From the IMG/VR virus record IMGVR_UViG_3300021389_000029, positions 1 through 54,338 of that record: a DNA stretch of 54,338 nucleotides. One strand, given 5' to 3'. This document shows, piece after piece, positions 38,301 through 46,861 of this stretch; the first letter of the stretch is position 1, and the number at the start of each line of letters is the position of its first letter. Under the pieces are notes generated by a model. The model saw only the letters and a list, made by a program, of their open reading frames with translations, was not told the DNA's origin and did not search any database. The DNA is from a virus (lineage: Duplodnaviria; Caudoviricetes). Position numbers and translations under genes: made by a program.

Positions 38301-40255
38301 TCAAATTACATAGAGTTCGTCATAGAACTGCATCCGGATTTGATACAATATTGGATGTAAGTGATATTCAATTTATAAACAGATCGGAACAACCACCAAG
38401 GGTTGACAAAGATAATAAACCACTAGAATTGCCTGTTTCATCTGCCGTTGCGATATTTACACCAAAATCTTCTGCTGCTCTGAATCTTTTAAAGACTCGT
38501 AGTATCAAAATTATGTATTATGATTATGTTACTTTTACTTATGATGGAACAACTTCCACTATAATCACACCAACAATCCAAAGCGCGCTGGCGGCAGGCC
38601 ACACCGGCGGTAGTGAAACCGAACCAACGAAACAGAACAGAGCTAATTACGATACAGCGACATATGACTTTTCATCTACCATCGCCGCAATCACCGAGCT
38701 CGGTGCGGAAAATACCAGCGCGCCCCAAGACGGAACTGAAACAAATGGTCCAATTTCTATATTGAAAACAGAAATAGTACCTGTGCCAGGCCTGGCAAAC
38801 AATATTGGCGGAAACACTCAAAAATATTTTGCACATAAATCTCTATCAGATACGGATAATACTACTGAAGATACATCCGGAACTGGATCTTTTTCAACTA
38901 GAATTGGCAATGTAAATGCCGCCGGCAGCGAACAAGTTTTACCTAGAGTTGGCGATGTTGTTACTCTGAATGAATGGGTCACTGAGGGTTCTGCGGCCCA
39001 AACCCTGAGTGTTGAACCCGCTACTGTTTTGGATTCGAGCAGTGAAAGGCCTGCGGCTAGAATTACTAATATATTAAGTTCATTTCCTGAAGGTGACAGA
39101 CTTATATATGAATATGCATGGGAAGGTGCGGGACATAACAGTGAATATACAAACTTTTATGGACGAAGTGGTATTGGTTCAAATCCTTTATTCGAAACAA
39201 ATAGACTAAAAGTTTTTGTTGATGGATTAGAAGCCGATGCTGCGATTCAAGGTATAAATTATGATATAAACTCTGATGGAGAAATAGAATTTGGCGAGAC
39301 GAGTTCATCATTGGAATATTTTGGCGTTGAAAAACCAATTTATGCTTATAACACAGCAAATGATAAATTGAAATTTGCATTGCCGGTCGAAGATAATAAG
39401 ATCGTAAAACTTTCTTACGAAAATTATTCAGATGTAGAAGAACGAGATACCGGAAAATCTACATACCTAATTAAAGTACCTGAAGATAGAGATATTCCAA
39501 ATATCTGGAACGATATTCACAAAGTTTCAAAGGGCATTTATCGTTTTGTTGTTAGAGAAAATGATGTACTAAAACCTTGGGATTATCATGTTTCTGCTGT
39601 ATTGCCACAAATTGACAGTCCAGCATGTATTAATCCTGTTGAGCAACTATCAATTACTCAAGATAAAACAGTGATATTCAACTTCCCGACACCATTAGCG
39701 TCACAAAGATTTATCTATAGTGATGCAGAAGCAGATATAATTTGTATTGCTGGTGCGGATAGTTCTACTCAAGGTGGTATTATTAAAACTTCAGATACTA
39801 AGTTTGATTTGGATTCTGCACAAACTAGTGGATATATGAACGCCCTTGAATCAGACGGCACATATCCCAGCACAGCTGGAATTCAATACGGTTTTGATGC
39901 CGATGGCATAGCGGCAAATGAGGGTATAGCCAAGGTCGCAAAATCTTCTAATGGTGATTTTTTAGACTTCAGAAGAGAATATTCATGGCATAATCCATTC
40001 CAAGGCTCAGTTAATACCACCACGAGCGATGCCAATCTAGGATATCGTAGTGGTCGAGTTGCGACCGCGCCATTGACAGCATTTGATACTCCTGATAATT
40101 GTACTCATAGAACTTATTTGGGAATGCAATCTACCAAACCTTATGGTAATGGTATGAGGTTATTTATTTTGACTCGCGGCGGACCTATTAGACCTCAATA
40201 TACAGATTATACTCCTAGAGATCAAGTAGACAGTGGTTCCAATACTTTCACCTAA
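35366..40255 (+). CDS. Virion structural protein, paralog family member 3
   Basis: Same conserved blocks as member 2 (SIQRN; LAKDLCLHP; RKPQKWRMRF; FRQPGEL; DQASVDQDDDYAWFVIQRHVN; KPWDYHVSA; GNGMRL) with different inserts. Confidence 0.72.
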   Translation: MPTSTSLKTPFLSGGYSIQRNEMISIPQTRQRQRFQFMNEFNQTFAKFDRAAQGLGRGAQEQLDRVPAYEIRSEKREVQNGVISSVKKPLTYKFATGSNKATLGTVVLTDSTSPLGEGVIQQFAISNGGQGYTPGADYGVCIRGGEAANKTPQPANITCKADGNGSITSFTIHDGGQNYTLAGDTGNGYPALTMEIDETPLLGQFVVTRLNGETEDTGVGAITSIDITSTTLTGHRPGVWFVSHNGSDKVITTDSTDGVVNNLMIQVFVNQLGKINKVTFCSYGEKFLVGDTLTIPQSQLGGIQDDSLGVNDLVLTVTTVADQNQVDLDHGTAIWRSESFEAGVDVVMEYTIDTNIDTKTEDGFLRTLAKDLCLHPYANYYSSAWSTVAQRKATLQLTGAPRTMVTSGTAEVTATLRDRETNVALTELTGGFKSEDIKKRIIEPYGSGTMYITGVVDGVATCTMLKSGTYNDEDVNTWDDPTQEFYLMDHWRLCIDQHADPSGTYPDTNLGGFESQPYNLIYPRIDEFASNHILIRDNGQQNHRDVMSCIRRIGDLFVVESEKATDLLSSLADVSSASVSIPRTINLTQPVRDQRKPQKWRMRFYYDSRDEYLYVNVGTSLQIMDNGDLTSGQGRDGIKNAVFRQPGELSEIYYNFSNDDNKAKSGFFRRQGKTDDGIDSNYPMAYRLTCTDHGIGFFMFDQASVDQDDDYAWFVIQRHVNNVSGKIEGEDGKSPVHCLYSPSKRPEETSDFNMGFFAEVVNKLDPETGTTTVTSKTLGDLEIFDVNGRKLTPGLPLNQSILTSGFPVMSRTTPYGQGTSYVTPPSTGGLRLTDSSNMGTDLTSGYSNVNDFIEFPPVTSTNYTGLEKSNLDDSAVIDEVLADGVVTEPAIYAFPMGYGRNFGSNFVTVGDYYVDMKNSTRYTDASPGNSKPSAFFRSAGGVSVPAEGSTEAVSGRDDMGLANYVNARNQMQGPARLGLKLHRVRHRTASGFDTILDVSDIQFINRSEQPPRVDKDNKPLELPVSSAVAIFTPKSSAALNLLKTRSIKIMYYDYVTFTYDGTTSTIITPTIQSALAAGHTGGSETEPTKQNRANYDTATYDFSSTIAAITELGAENTSAPQDGTETNGPISILKTEIVPVPGLANNIGGNTQKYFAHKSLSDTDNTTEDTSGTGSFSTRIGNVNAAGSEQVLPRVGDVVTLNEWVTEGSAAQTLSVEPATVLDSSSERPAARITNILSSFPEGDRLIYEYAWEGAGHNSEYTNFYGRSGIGSNPLFETNRLKVFVDGLEADAAIQGINYDINSDGEIEFGETSSSLEYFGVEKPIYAYNTANDKLKFALPVEDNKIVKLSYENYSDVEERDTGKSTYLIKVPEDRDIPNIWNDIHKVSKGIYRFVVRENDVLKPWDYHVSAVLPQIDSPACINPVEQLSITQDKTVIFNFPTPLASQRFIYSDAEADIICIAGADSSTQGGIIKTSDTKFDLDSAQTSGYMNALESDGTYPSTAGIQYGFDADGIAANEGIAKVAKSSNGDFLDFRREYSWHNPFQGSVNTTTSDANLGYRSGRVATAPLTAFDTPDNCTHRTYLGMQSTKPYGNGMRLFILTRGGPIRPQYTDYTPRDQVDSGSNTFT

Positions 40256-40299
40256 TACTTTCACCGATTAAAATTATTCAAATAATCTAAAAATTTAAA

Positions 40300-40306
40300 A
40301 TAAATA
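40300..40306 (+). promoter_or_regulatory. Late promoter variant (aATAAATA) abutting a terminator hairpin
   Basis: 7/8 match to the consensus, 39 nt upstream of the ATG at 40345. Confidence 0.5.
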
Positions 40307-40307
40307 G

Positions 40308-40333
40308 AGGGGGAACTTGTTTCCCCCTTTTTT
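40308..40333 (+). terminator. Rho-independent terminator
   Basis: AGGGGGAA-cttgt-TTCCCCCT 8-bp stem running into a 6-T tract, downstream of the paralog 1-3 cluster. Confidence 0.85.
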
Positions 40334-40344
40334 GCAGAGTATAC

Positions 40345-43300
40345 ATGACAACATTATCTAACATATTTTTATTTAATGACGTAATAATCGTCAGAGTAGG
40401 CGTTGAAAGTCCTTCGAATTTTTCTCGCTCGCCTACAACTGACCCAGCCAATCGTGATTATACAATTACGATAGATGGAGAAACTTGGAAATATATACAT
40501 CCTTTTGGTTGGAATATTCCGGTTAATACTGTTATAGATGAAGGAAAATTACGATACACTTGGTCGTCTATAGGGTTTAGAGAGAATGGATATCTGACCG
40601 ATGAATGGAAAATTTGCGTATTTTCAAATCTAATAATGGTAAATGGTTTATCTGGACCAGTTACGATTTCATTTGATAGTGGCGAAATTTATAAAAATGG
40701 ATCTTCTGTCGGTAATACTACTACTGTCGAAAACGGCGACACTATCAAGTTAGAAGTTTCAAATTACATTGCTAATATTTCTCAACCATCCATATTCTTA
40801 ATAAATGTAGATGGTGTCGATATACCTTGGACAGTTTCATTGACAGATCCATTGTTGAATATCATAGAAAACGAAGTCAGAAAATCTTCATCAAATGATG
40901 ACTTGAAAATATCTCATCATAATATTCCAGTTAAGGCCGCAGATTTAAAACTTGTATATGATAATGCTCCGGTTGTGGCTAATGCATTTGAAAAACTGAT
41001 AAGCGATATTGCAGAAAAATCAACCAGTATAGAGTTTTCTTTGCAGGAGTTGCAAGAGGTAATATCAGATCAGGTCATAGGTATAATTTCTGAAAAAACT
41101 AGAACGACTGTCTCCGAATTAAATATTCTTTCTCCTTCTGAAATAATTAGTCTTAGAGAAATAAAAATAGACAATATCTATGACACAGAGACTTTAATAT
41201 TGGAGTTGGATATTCCGCTCGAGAGATCTGACACTTCCGATATTTCTGTTATTTCTGCTAATGAAATTGCATCAGTATCAGAAATTGATGTTACTGAAAT
41301 AACAGAAATATCAACCACAGAAGATATAGAATCTACATCATCCGAAGATTTATTACTTACGAAAGAAAAAGAGTTTGATAGTCCTGAAGAGGTTGTAAAT
41401 ACATCTGCGTTAGAAAGTGCTGTTGACGAAGATTTAGCAGAAACTACAGAGACACCAACAGAAACAATAGTAGATTCTGTAGAAACTGCAGCGGCCGAAA
41501 CCACATCGGTAGTCGATTTGCCAGATGGGTTGGATGTAGAAAACGATGTTGATGAAGATTCTCCGGACGGACTCAGTGTAGAAAGTGCTGTTGACGAAGA
41601 TTTAGCAGAAACTACAACAACAGAAAGCGCTGTTGATGAAGATTCTCCGGACGGACTCAGTGTAGAAAGTGCTGTTGACGAAGATTTAGCAGAAACTACA
41701 ACAACAGAAAGCGCTGTTGACGAAGATTTAGCAGAAACTACAACAACAGAAACCGCGGCAGTAGATGATTTGGTGGAAACCTCTACCACTGAAACTGCAG
41801 CTCTGGATGATTTAGCAGAAACCACAGACACACCGACTGAAACAATAGATGATTTGGCGGAAACTTCTACCACTGAAACTGCAGCTCTGGATGATTTAGC
41901 AGAAACCACAGACACACCGACTGAAACAATAGATGATTTATCTACCACAACAGATTTGGAAAGTGCGACAGTAGATGATGATTTGGAGTTGTCGGCTGTT
42001 GATAATGTAGTAGATGTAGAACTAACAACAGATTCGGATATAGAAAACGAAACCGATAATGATATTGTAGATGAAAATGAGTTTGAAAACGCATCTATAG
42101 AAGATGTTATCACAGAAAACGAAATAGAAAGTGTTATCGAAAGCGAAACATCTGAAACTGGCGATTTGGCTACTATTGCTGAGACAGATTTATCTAGTGA
42201 AGAAACGAGAGAATCTATCTCAGAGAGTGAAACTCTTGAAGAAAAAATACTTGAAAAAATACAAGAGTTGACCACCGAAGTATTTTCTGATGTTTCTGTA
42301 ATTACAGAAGAGATAATCGAAGATTTATTAGAAAGTGTATTAGATCAATTATCAGAAACTACAGATGAAAATGATATCTCTACTTTATCAATAACAGAGC
42401 TGATCACCCAATTACAAACAGTCTTTGATAATTCGCCCGAATTCTTAACCACAACCGACACAGTACAGGAAGTTGTCAAAGAATCAACATCAACATTGGA
42501 TCTTGCCGTAGTCAGCGAAGATTTTGTAAATACATTTATAGAAACTCTTTCTGAAAATATTCGTGAAGAAATAGAAATCGCAGAAAGAGAAGAAGATAAT
42601 CAATTAGAAATTGTAACATCATTAGATGCTGAAGTTTTAGAGGAATCTGAAACGGTTTTAGAAGATACGAAAATAGATGATACGATAACTCCCACTGATA
42701 ACACCGAAATTACTTTAGACGATGTGTCGGGAAGTGAGGGCGATGAGGAAAATTCCGAAGATCAAGTTACAGAAGTTAGTGATAATTTTGAAACTGGTCA
42801 AGATCAAATCACAGATTCCCCCGCCAATGGGGAAAGTGTTCAAGAAGAAGTTATAACAAACGAATCAAATATAGAAATTTCATTAGATGAGCCTATCAAA
42901 ATAGAATCTCCCACAGATGATACACCAGATAGCCCACAAAAATTTGAAACATCTATAGATGACACGCCAGATAGTCCACAACAATTCGAATCATCTATAG
43001 ACGAGACTCCAGACACGCCACAAGAATTTGAAACTGCAACTGATGATACGCCTGATAGTCCACAACAATTTGAAACATCAACAGACGAAACACCAGATGC
43101 ACCTCAGCAATTCGAATCAGCTATAGATGACACACCAGATGCACCTCAAGAATTTGAAACTGCAACTGATGATACGCCTGATAGTCCACAACAATTTGAA
43201 ATTGCGACTGATGATACGCCCGATAGTCCACAAGAATTTGAAATTGCGACTGATGATACGCCCGATAGTCCACAACAATTCGAAACGGCGACCGATGACA

Positions 43301-43812
43301 CACCAGACACACCACAAGAATTTGAAATTGCGACTGATGATACGCCTGATAGTCCACAACAATTTGAAACGGCGACTGATGACACACCAGATGCACCTCA
43401 GCAATTCGAATCAGCTATAGATGACACACCAGACACGCCGCAAGAATTTGAAACTGCAACTGATGATACGCCTGATAGTCCACAACAATTTGAAACATCA
43501 ACAGACGAAACACCAGATAGTCCAGAACAATCTGAAGCTTCAGTGGATGAAGTGCCAGACGAATCGACAATTTTAGTTTCAGATGACAATCAAACTTTGG
43601 ACAATTCTTCGCCCACAGTTACTACCGGAGAAAGATTTCCAGAATTTTCTCCAGAAACTATTGTCGGTGCGGATAATTTTTCCCAACAAAGGGGGGTCGT
43701 TCATATGCGTACGGCCGAATCGAAACTTTATTACTTGAATCCACATATAACTATTGCAGGCAGAACCGGACCATTTATCGACAGAAATGGTGTTAATAGG
43801 GATTACGGATAA
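40345..43812 (+). CDS. Highly acidic (D/E/T/S-rich) repeat protein, function unknown, probably virion-associated
   Basis: 1155-aa ORF: about 170-aa globular N-terminus, then very acidic sequence containing two 42-bp tandem arrays. Confidence 0.7.
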   Translation: MTTLSNIFLFNDVIIVRVGVESPSNFSRSPTTDPANRDYTITIDGETWKYIHPFGWNIPVNTVIDEGKLRYTWSSIGFRENGYLTDEWKICVFSNLIMVNGLSGPVTISFDSGEIYKNGSSVGNTTTVENGDTIKLEVSNYIANISQPSIFLINVDGVDIPWTVSLTDPLLNIIENEVRKSSSNDDLKISHHNIPVKAADLKLVYDNAPVVANAFEKLISDIAEKSTSIEFSLQELQEVISDQVIGIISEKTRTTVSELNILSPSEIISLREIKIDNIYDTETLILELDIPLERSDTSDISVISANEIASVSEIDVTEITEISTTEDIESTSSEDLLLTKEKEFDSPEEVVNTSALESAVDEDLAETTETPTETIVDSVETAAAETTSVVDLPDGLDVENDVDEDSPDGLSVESAVDEDLAETTTTESAVDEDSPDGLSVESAVDEDLAETTTTESAVDEDLAETTTTETAAVDDLVETSTTETAALDDLAETTDTPTETIDDLAETSTTETAALDDLAETTDTPTETIDDLSTTTDLESATVDDDLELSAVDNVVDVELTTDSDIENETDNDIVDENEFENASIEDVITENEIESVIESETSETGDLATIAETDLSSEETRESISESETLEEKILEKIQELTTEVFSDVSVITEEIIEDLLESVLDQLSETTDENDISTLSITELITQLQTVFDNSPEFLTTTDTVQEVVKESTSTLDLAVVSEDFVNTFIETLSENIREEIEIAEREEDNQLEIVTSLDAEVLEESETVLEDTKIDDTITPTDNTEITLDDVSGSEGDEENSEDQVTEVSDNFETGQDQITDSPANGESVQEEVITNESNIEISLDEPIKIESPTDDTPDSPQKFETSIDDTPDSPQQFESSIDETPDTPQEFETATDDTPDSPQQFETSTDETPDAPQQFESAIDDTPDAPQEFETATDDTPDSPQQFEIATDDTPDSPQEFEIATDDTPDSPQQFETATDDTPDTPQEFEIATDDTPDSPQQFETATDDTPDAPQQFESAIDDTPDTPQEFETATDDTPDSPQQFETSTDETPDSPEQSEASVDEVPDESTILVSDDNQTLDNSSPTVTTGERFPEFSPETIVGADNFSQQRGVVHMRTAESKLYYLNPHITIAGRTGPFIDRNGVNRDYG
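41413..42000 (+). repeat. Coding tandem repeat array 1, 42-bp (14-aa) period with 84-bp higher-order units
   Basis: Units ESAVDEDLAETTTT / ESAVDEDSPDGLSV / ETAALDDLAETTDT / PTETIDDLAETSTT. GAA starts at 41413, 41581, 41623, 41665, 41707, 41749, 41791, 41875 and 41959, all multiples of 42 apart. Confidence 0.9.
42916..43545 (+). repeat. Coding tandem repeat array 2, 15 x 42 bp (D[DE]TPD[STA]PQ[QE]FE[TSI][AS][TI])
   Basis: Fifteen contiguous 14-aa units counted in the translation, with near-identical DNA. Confidence 0.95.
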
Positions 43813-43813
43813 C

Positions 43814-46800
43814 ATGGCAGTTTCATTTCAAGGCCGAGTGGGTCCGATAGTTCAAACAGTTACCAGAACAATAGATAATATAATATTCGATTCTAATGAC
43901 AGTATCGAGGTATCATATGTAAATTATTTTTTTTCATCTACAGAAAAATCATCATCAGAAGTCATTGTAGAATATACAGATGGATTGCCCCTTCACACTG
44001 GGCCAAAATCAAATAGTGAATTTGTTGCCGAATATCACCACGAAAAATATGTTGATGAACAAAAATCATCAGTAATTGTAGAATCATTTAATTATATGAC
44101 AGGAACATTTTCTTCATATGAAGATAGATCTGCTTCTAAAAAATCATTCGATTTTAACAGAAATATAGTGTTATCGAATCAATCATTGTTGTATACGATA
44201 ACTGGAAATGATTATAAAGTTGGATTACAAACCGTAGGTGATTGGGAAATTCGACCATTTCTACAGACAGCATCCACAAAACATCTTATCAACAATCCAT
44301 TTTTAGATGATCCAGAATCTAAAGCTCCGCCATGGGATGGTCAAGTTTTATTGGAATCTGGAACCAGTTTTAGTCATAATCCGATATTTTTTCAAGGAAT
44401 TGCATACAACTTTCCAGAACCGACTGAGTTTATTTCTAAAACATCAAAGTTAATTAACGAAAATTCTAATTTCTCAAGACATTTAGAATCGTTTAATTTA
44501 TTAAATCAAAACTTTGCAAGATCAATGCACATATCCAATCCTACTACTCATGATGTAATAGAAATGAAAAGCGGATTGTATGTTATGCAGCCGGAAATGT
44601 TTAACAAATCAAACACTATATATAGATCTCTGGGATATGGACCACCAGCAGATAAGGCTGTTTCCATAAGTTTAACAGTCAGCAATCCAAGAGATACTTT
44701 TTCAAAAAATAATCAATTTTCAAAATTATTAGATAATTATAGTTCAAAAGATGATGAATTTGTTGAAATTGTCAAAAACACTACTTTGAATGATGTTACT
44801 TGGGTAGATAAAATAAAGGTTTTAAATTTTGAATTTTCCAAAACGGCATATTTTGAACGCACAAATCCTCTAGAGGTTCCTGTAAAAGTTTTCTATACTC
44901 CGGTATTAGATAAACCATTTATTCACAAGGTTTTCTTTGTGAATTTTGATATTGGGAAACCAAAGTTTAAACCTTTTTTACAATCACCAGATAAGACATT
45001 TCTCATAGAACAAAATTATATGCACAGCACCGTTTCGATTGGAAAAGGCCCAAAAAACAAGTTCAAACATTTAATGATAGAGGAATTGTATAGGCCAGGA
45101 TTCAGATCTTATGAACAGGTCTATGAATTTATTATGGAAAAATTCGAGGTTGTTTCATCTACCCAATTTGATTATAATAAATTTGGACACACATTTTATG
45201 AAGTGATACAGACAAAAAGACCGAGTTTATCTGGCGGATCTAATGCGTTTGGTCACGATCTTTTACCTATTGAAGTTGGGCCAACTTCTATCAAAAATAA
45301 AATATTTAACTTGGAAGAGCATGTAGAAAATAGTCTACAGGCTGCTGGAAGATCGGGTACTCATAGAGATGGAGAGTACAGAGAAATTCAAAATATAGAT
45401 TTATACGAATTTCAATATCTGGATTATGATGTAAAATCAAAAGGTCCATATTCTGAAGATTGGAGATTAGATAAAGAAAAATCTACTTTTAATTTTATCT
45501 ATACAATAGATGAGGATCCGAGTAATGGTAGATTACCCGAATGTCTGTCTTTTGATGATGGCCGATTAACAGGAACGGTACATGAAACAGATAAATTTTT
45601 AAGAAAATATTCATGGGAAGATTGGATGAAAATACAAGGTGAAACGGATTCAGATGGTAATTTTATATCTCTATCCGACAGTTTAGATTTTTCATATGAA
45701 GATTTTGAATTGATTACACCGAGAAAGTGGGAAGTCAACCTCACCGGCAGAAGTATAACCAAAGGAACGATAGATTTAGTATATAATGGCGTAGAATTAA
45801 AAAGAGGTGATATAATAACACAGACTATAGCGGGACAAAGTAGCGAATTTGAAATTGTGGAAAAGGTTTCAGAATTTGACAAAGAAACCGATAGAGCTAC
45901 TGGCGGATTAATCACTGAAACTATTCACAGATATGAATTTGAAAATCTTAGGGGTGAGATAGAAATCACAACATTGACAGATTTATTTGTAGAAACATTT
46001 GTCGACGGAAAGTCAGAATTACAAAAAGAAGTAAATAATTTACAAGAAGAATTGCAATTTTCTGTCAATTTTAAAGCTTCAGTTCTACAAAAACAAATAG
46101 AAGAATTAAGTGCAACTATTATAGAAAATGATTTGGTAAATCCTACTGGATATGCTTATATAGAAAAGACTCCATCTGGAAAACAGGTAAACTATCAATA
46201 TGTGTTGAATGAAGAAGGAGATAGTTTTGTTGTAGATGATCTTGAGATGTTGACAGGTGGTGTTGTAACAAAATTTATAAAATTAATATTTACAATACGC
46301 AACAACTGGTCATTTGATAGAGATTTGAGATTGTTCACAGATAGCTCTATTATTGATTCTGAATTCCCCAACAGGACTGATTGGGTAGAAGATCAAAGAT
46401 CTAAGGGTAGGGGATTATTTGATCCACAATTAAATAATAACGAAATTGACAAAATGTTGATAGGATATATGAAAGAATATAAAGATTCTATTATAAGTAT
46501 AGAAAGATATTTAGAAGAAAGAGATATTATTATAGAGAGTAGAATTTATATCGATCCTGATCAAAAAATAAAATATAAAAATTTCTTGGATCGATTTATC
46601 TATATTGACAGAAAGAGCAACATGTGGCAAAAAAATGATTATTTGATAATGTCTATTACTAGTGAAGATTTCTTTTTAGAATTTCCTATAAACGATGGTA
46701 TAGATAGAGGACAAAGTTTGGATACAATTTCAGAGACAGAAAACGGAAAACAAGTATTTAAAATAAATTGCGATTTTAATGTTGACGAACAGACTTTCTA

Positions 46801-46861
46801 TAATAATGTAGACGATGTAAGAGAATTGAGGGGGTATCCAGTTTATGCCAGCTGTAACTAG
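43814..46861 (+). CDS. Large hypothetical protein, probably structural
   Basis: Long ORF in the late operon. Likely start is the ATG at 43814 (MAVSFQGR), 1 nt after the upstream stop. GRLPECLSFDDGRLTG resembles a putative Ig (He_PIG-like) fragment. Confidence 0.6.
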   Translation: MAVSFQGRVGPIVQTVTRTIDNIIFDSNDSIEVSYVNYFFSSTEKSSSEVIVEYTDGLPLHTGPKSNSEFVAEYHHEKYVDEQKSSVIVESFNYMTGTFSSYEDRSASKKSFDFNRNIVLSNQSLLYTITGNDYKVGLQTVGDWEIRPFLQTASTKHLINNPFLDDPESKAPPWDGQVLLESGTSFSHNPIFFQGIAYNFPEPTEFISKTSKLINENSNFSRHLESFNLLNQNFARSMHISNPTTHDVIEMKSGLYVMQPEMFNKSNTIYRSLGYGPPADKAVSISLTVSNPRDTFSKNNQFSKLLDNYSSKDDEFVEIVKNTTLNDVTWVDKIKVLNFEFSKTAYFERTNPLEVPVKVFYTPVLDKPFIHKVFFVNFDIGKPKFKPFLQSPDKTFLIEQNYMHSTVSIGKGPKNKFKHLMIEELYRPGFRSYEQVYEFIMEKFEVVSSTQFDYNKFGHTFYEVIQTKRPSLSGGSNAFGHDLLPIEVGPTSIKNKIFNLEEHVENSLQAAGRSGTHRDGEYREIQNIDLYEFQYLDYDVKSKGPYSEDWRLDKEKSTFNFIYTIDEDPSNGRLPECLSFDDGRLTGTVHETDKFLRKYSWEDWMKIQGETDSDGNFISLSDSLDFSYEDFELITPRKWEVNLTGRSITKGTIDLVYNGVELKRGDIITQTIAGQSSEFEIVEKVSEFDKETDRATGGLITETIHRYEFENLRGEIEITTLTDLFVETFVDGKSELQKEVNNLQEELQFSVNFKASVLQKQIEELSATIIENDLVNPTGYAYIEKTPSGKQVNYQYVLNEEGDSFVVDDLEMLTGGVVTKFIKLIFTIRNNWSFDRDLRLFTDSSIIDSEFPNRTDWVEDQRSKGRGLFDPQLNNNEIDKMLIGYMKEYKDSIISIERYLEERDIIIESRIYIDPDQKIKYKNFLDRFIYIDRKSNMWQKNDYLIMSITSEDFFLEFPINDGIDRGQSLDTISETENGKQVFKINCDFNVDEQTFYNNVDDVRELRGYPVYASCN

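Noticed and set aside
41178-42275. 365-aa minus-strand ORF and the short overlapping ORFs at 43117-43589
   Set aside because: Antisense or alternate-frame shadows of the repetitive acidic gene; S/V-rich, with no RBS or promoter.
42916-43545. Regular 42-bp repeats as a possible CRISPR or non-coding RNA array
   Set aside because: Units are contiguous with no unique spacers, are a multiple of 3, and lie in frame within a long ORF.
43751-43812. Possible programmed frameshift fusing the acidic protein to the next ORF
   Set aside because: The 62-nt open overlap has no evident slippery sequence, and the ATG at 43814 right after the stop explains the downstream gene.
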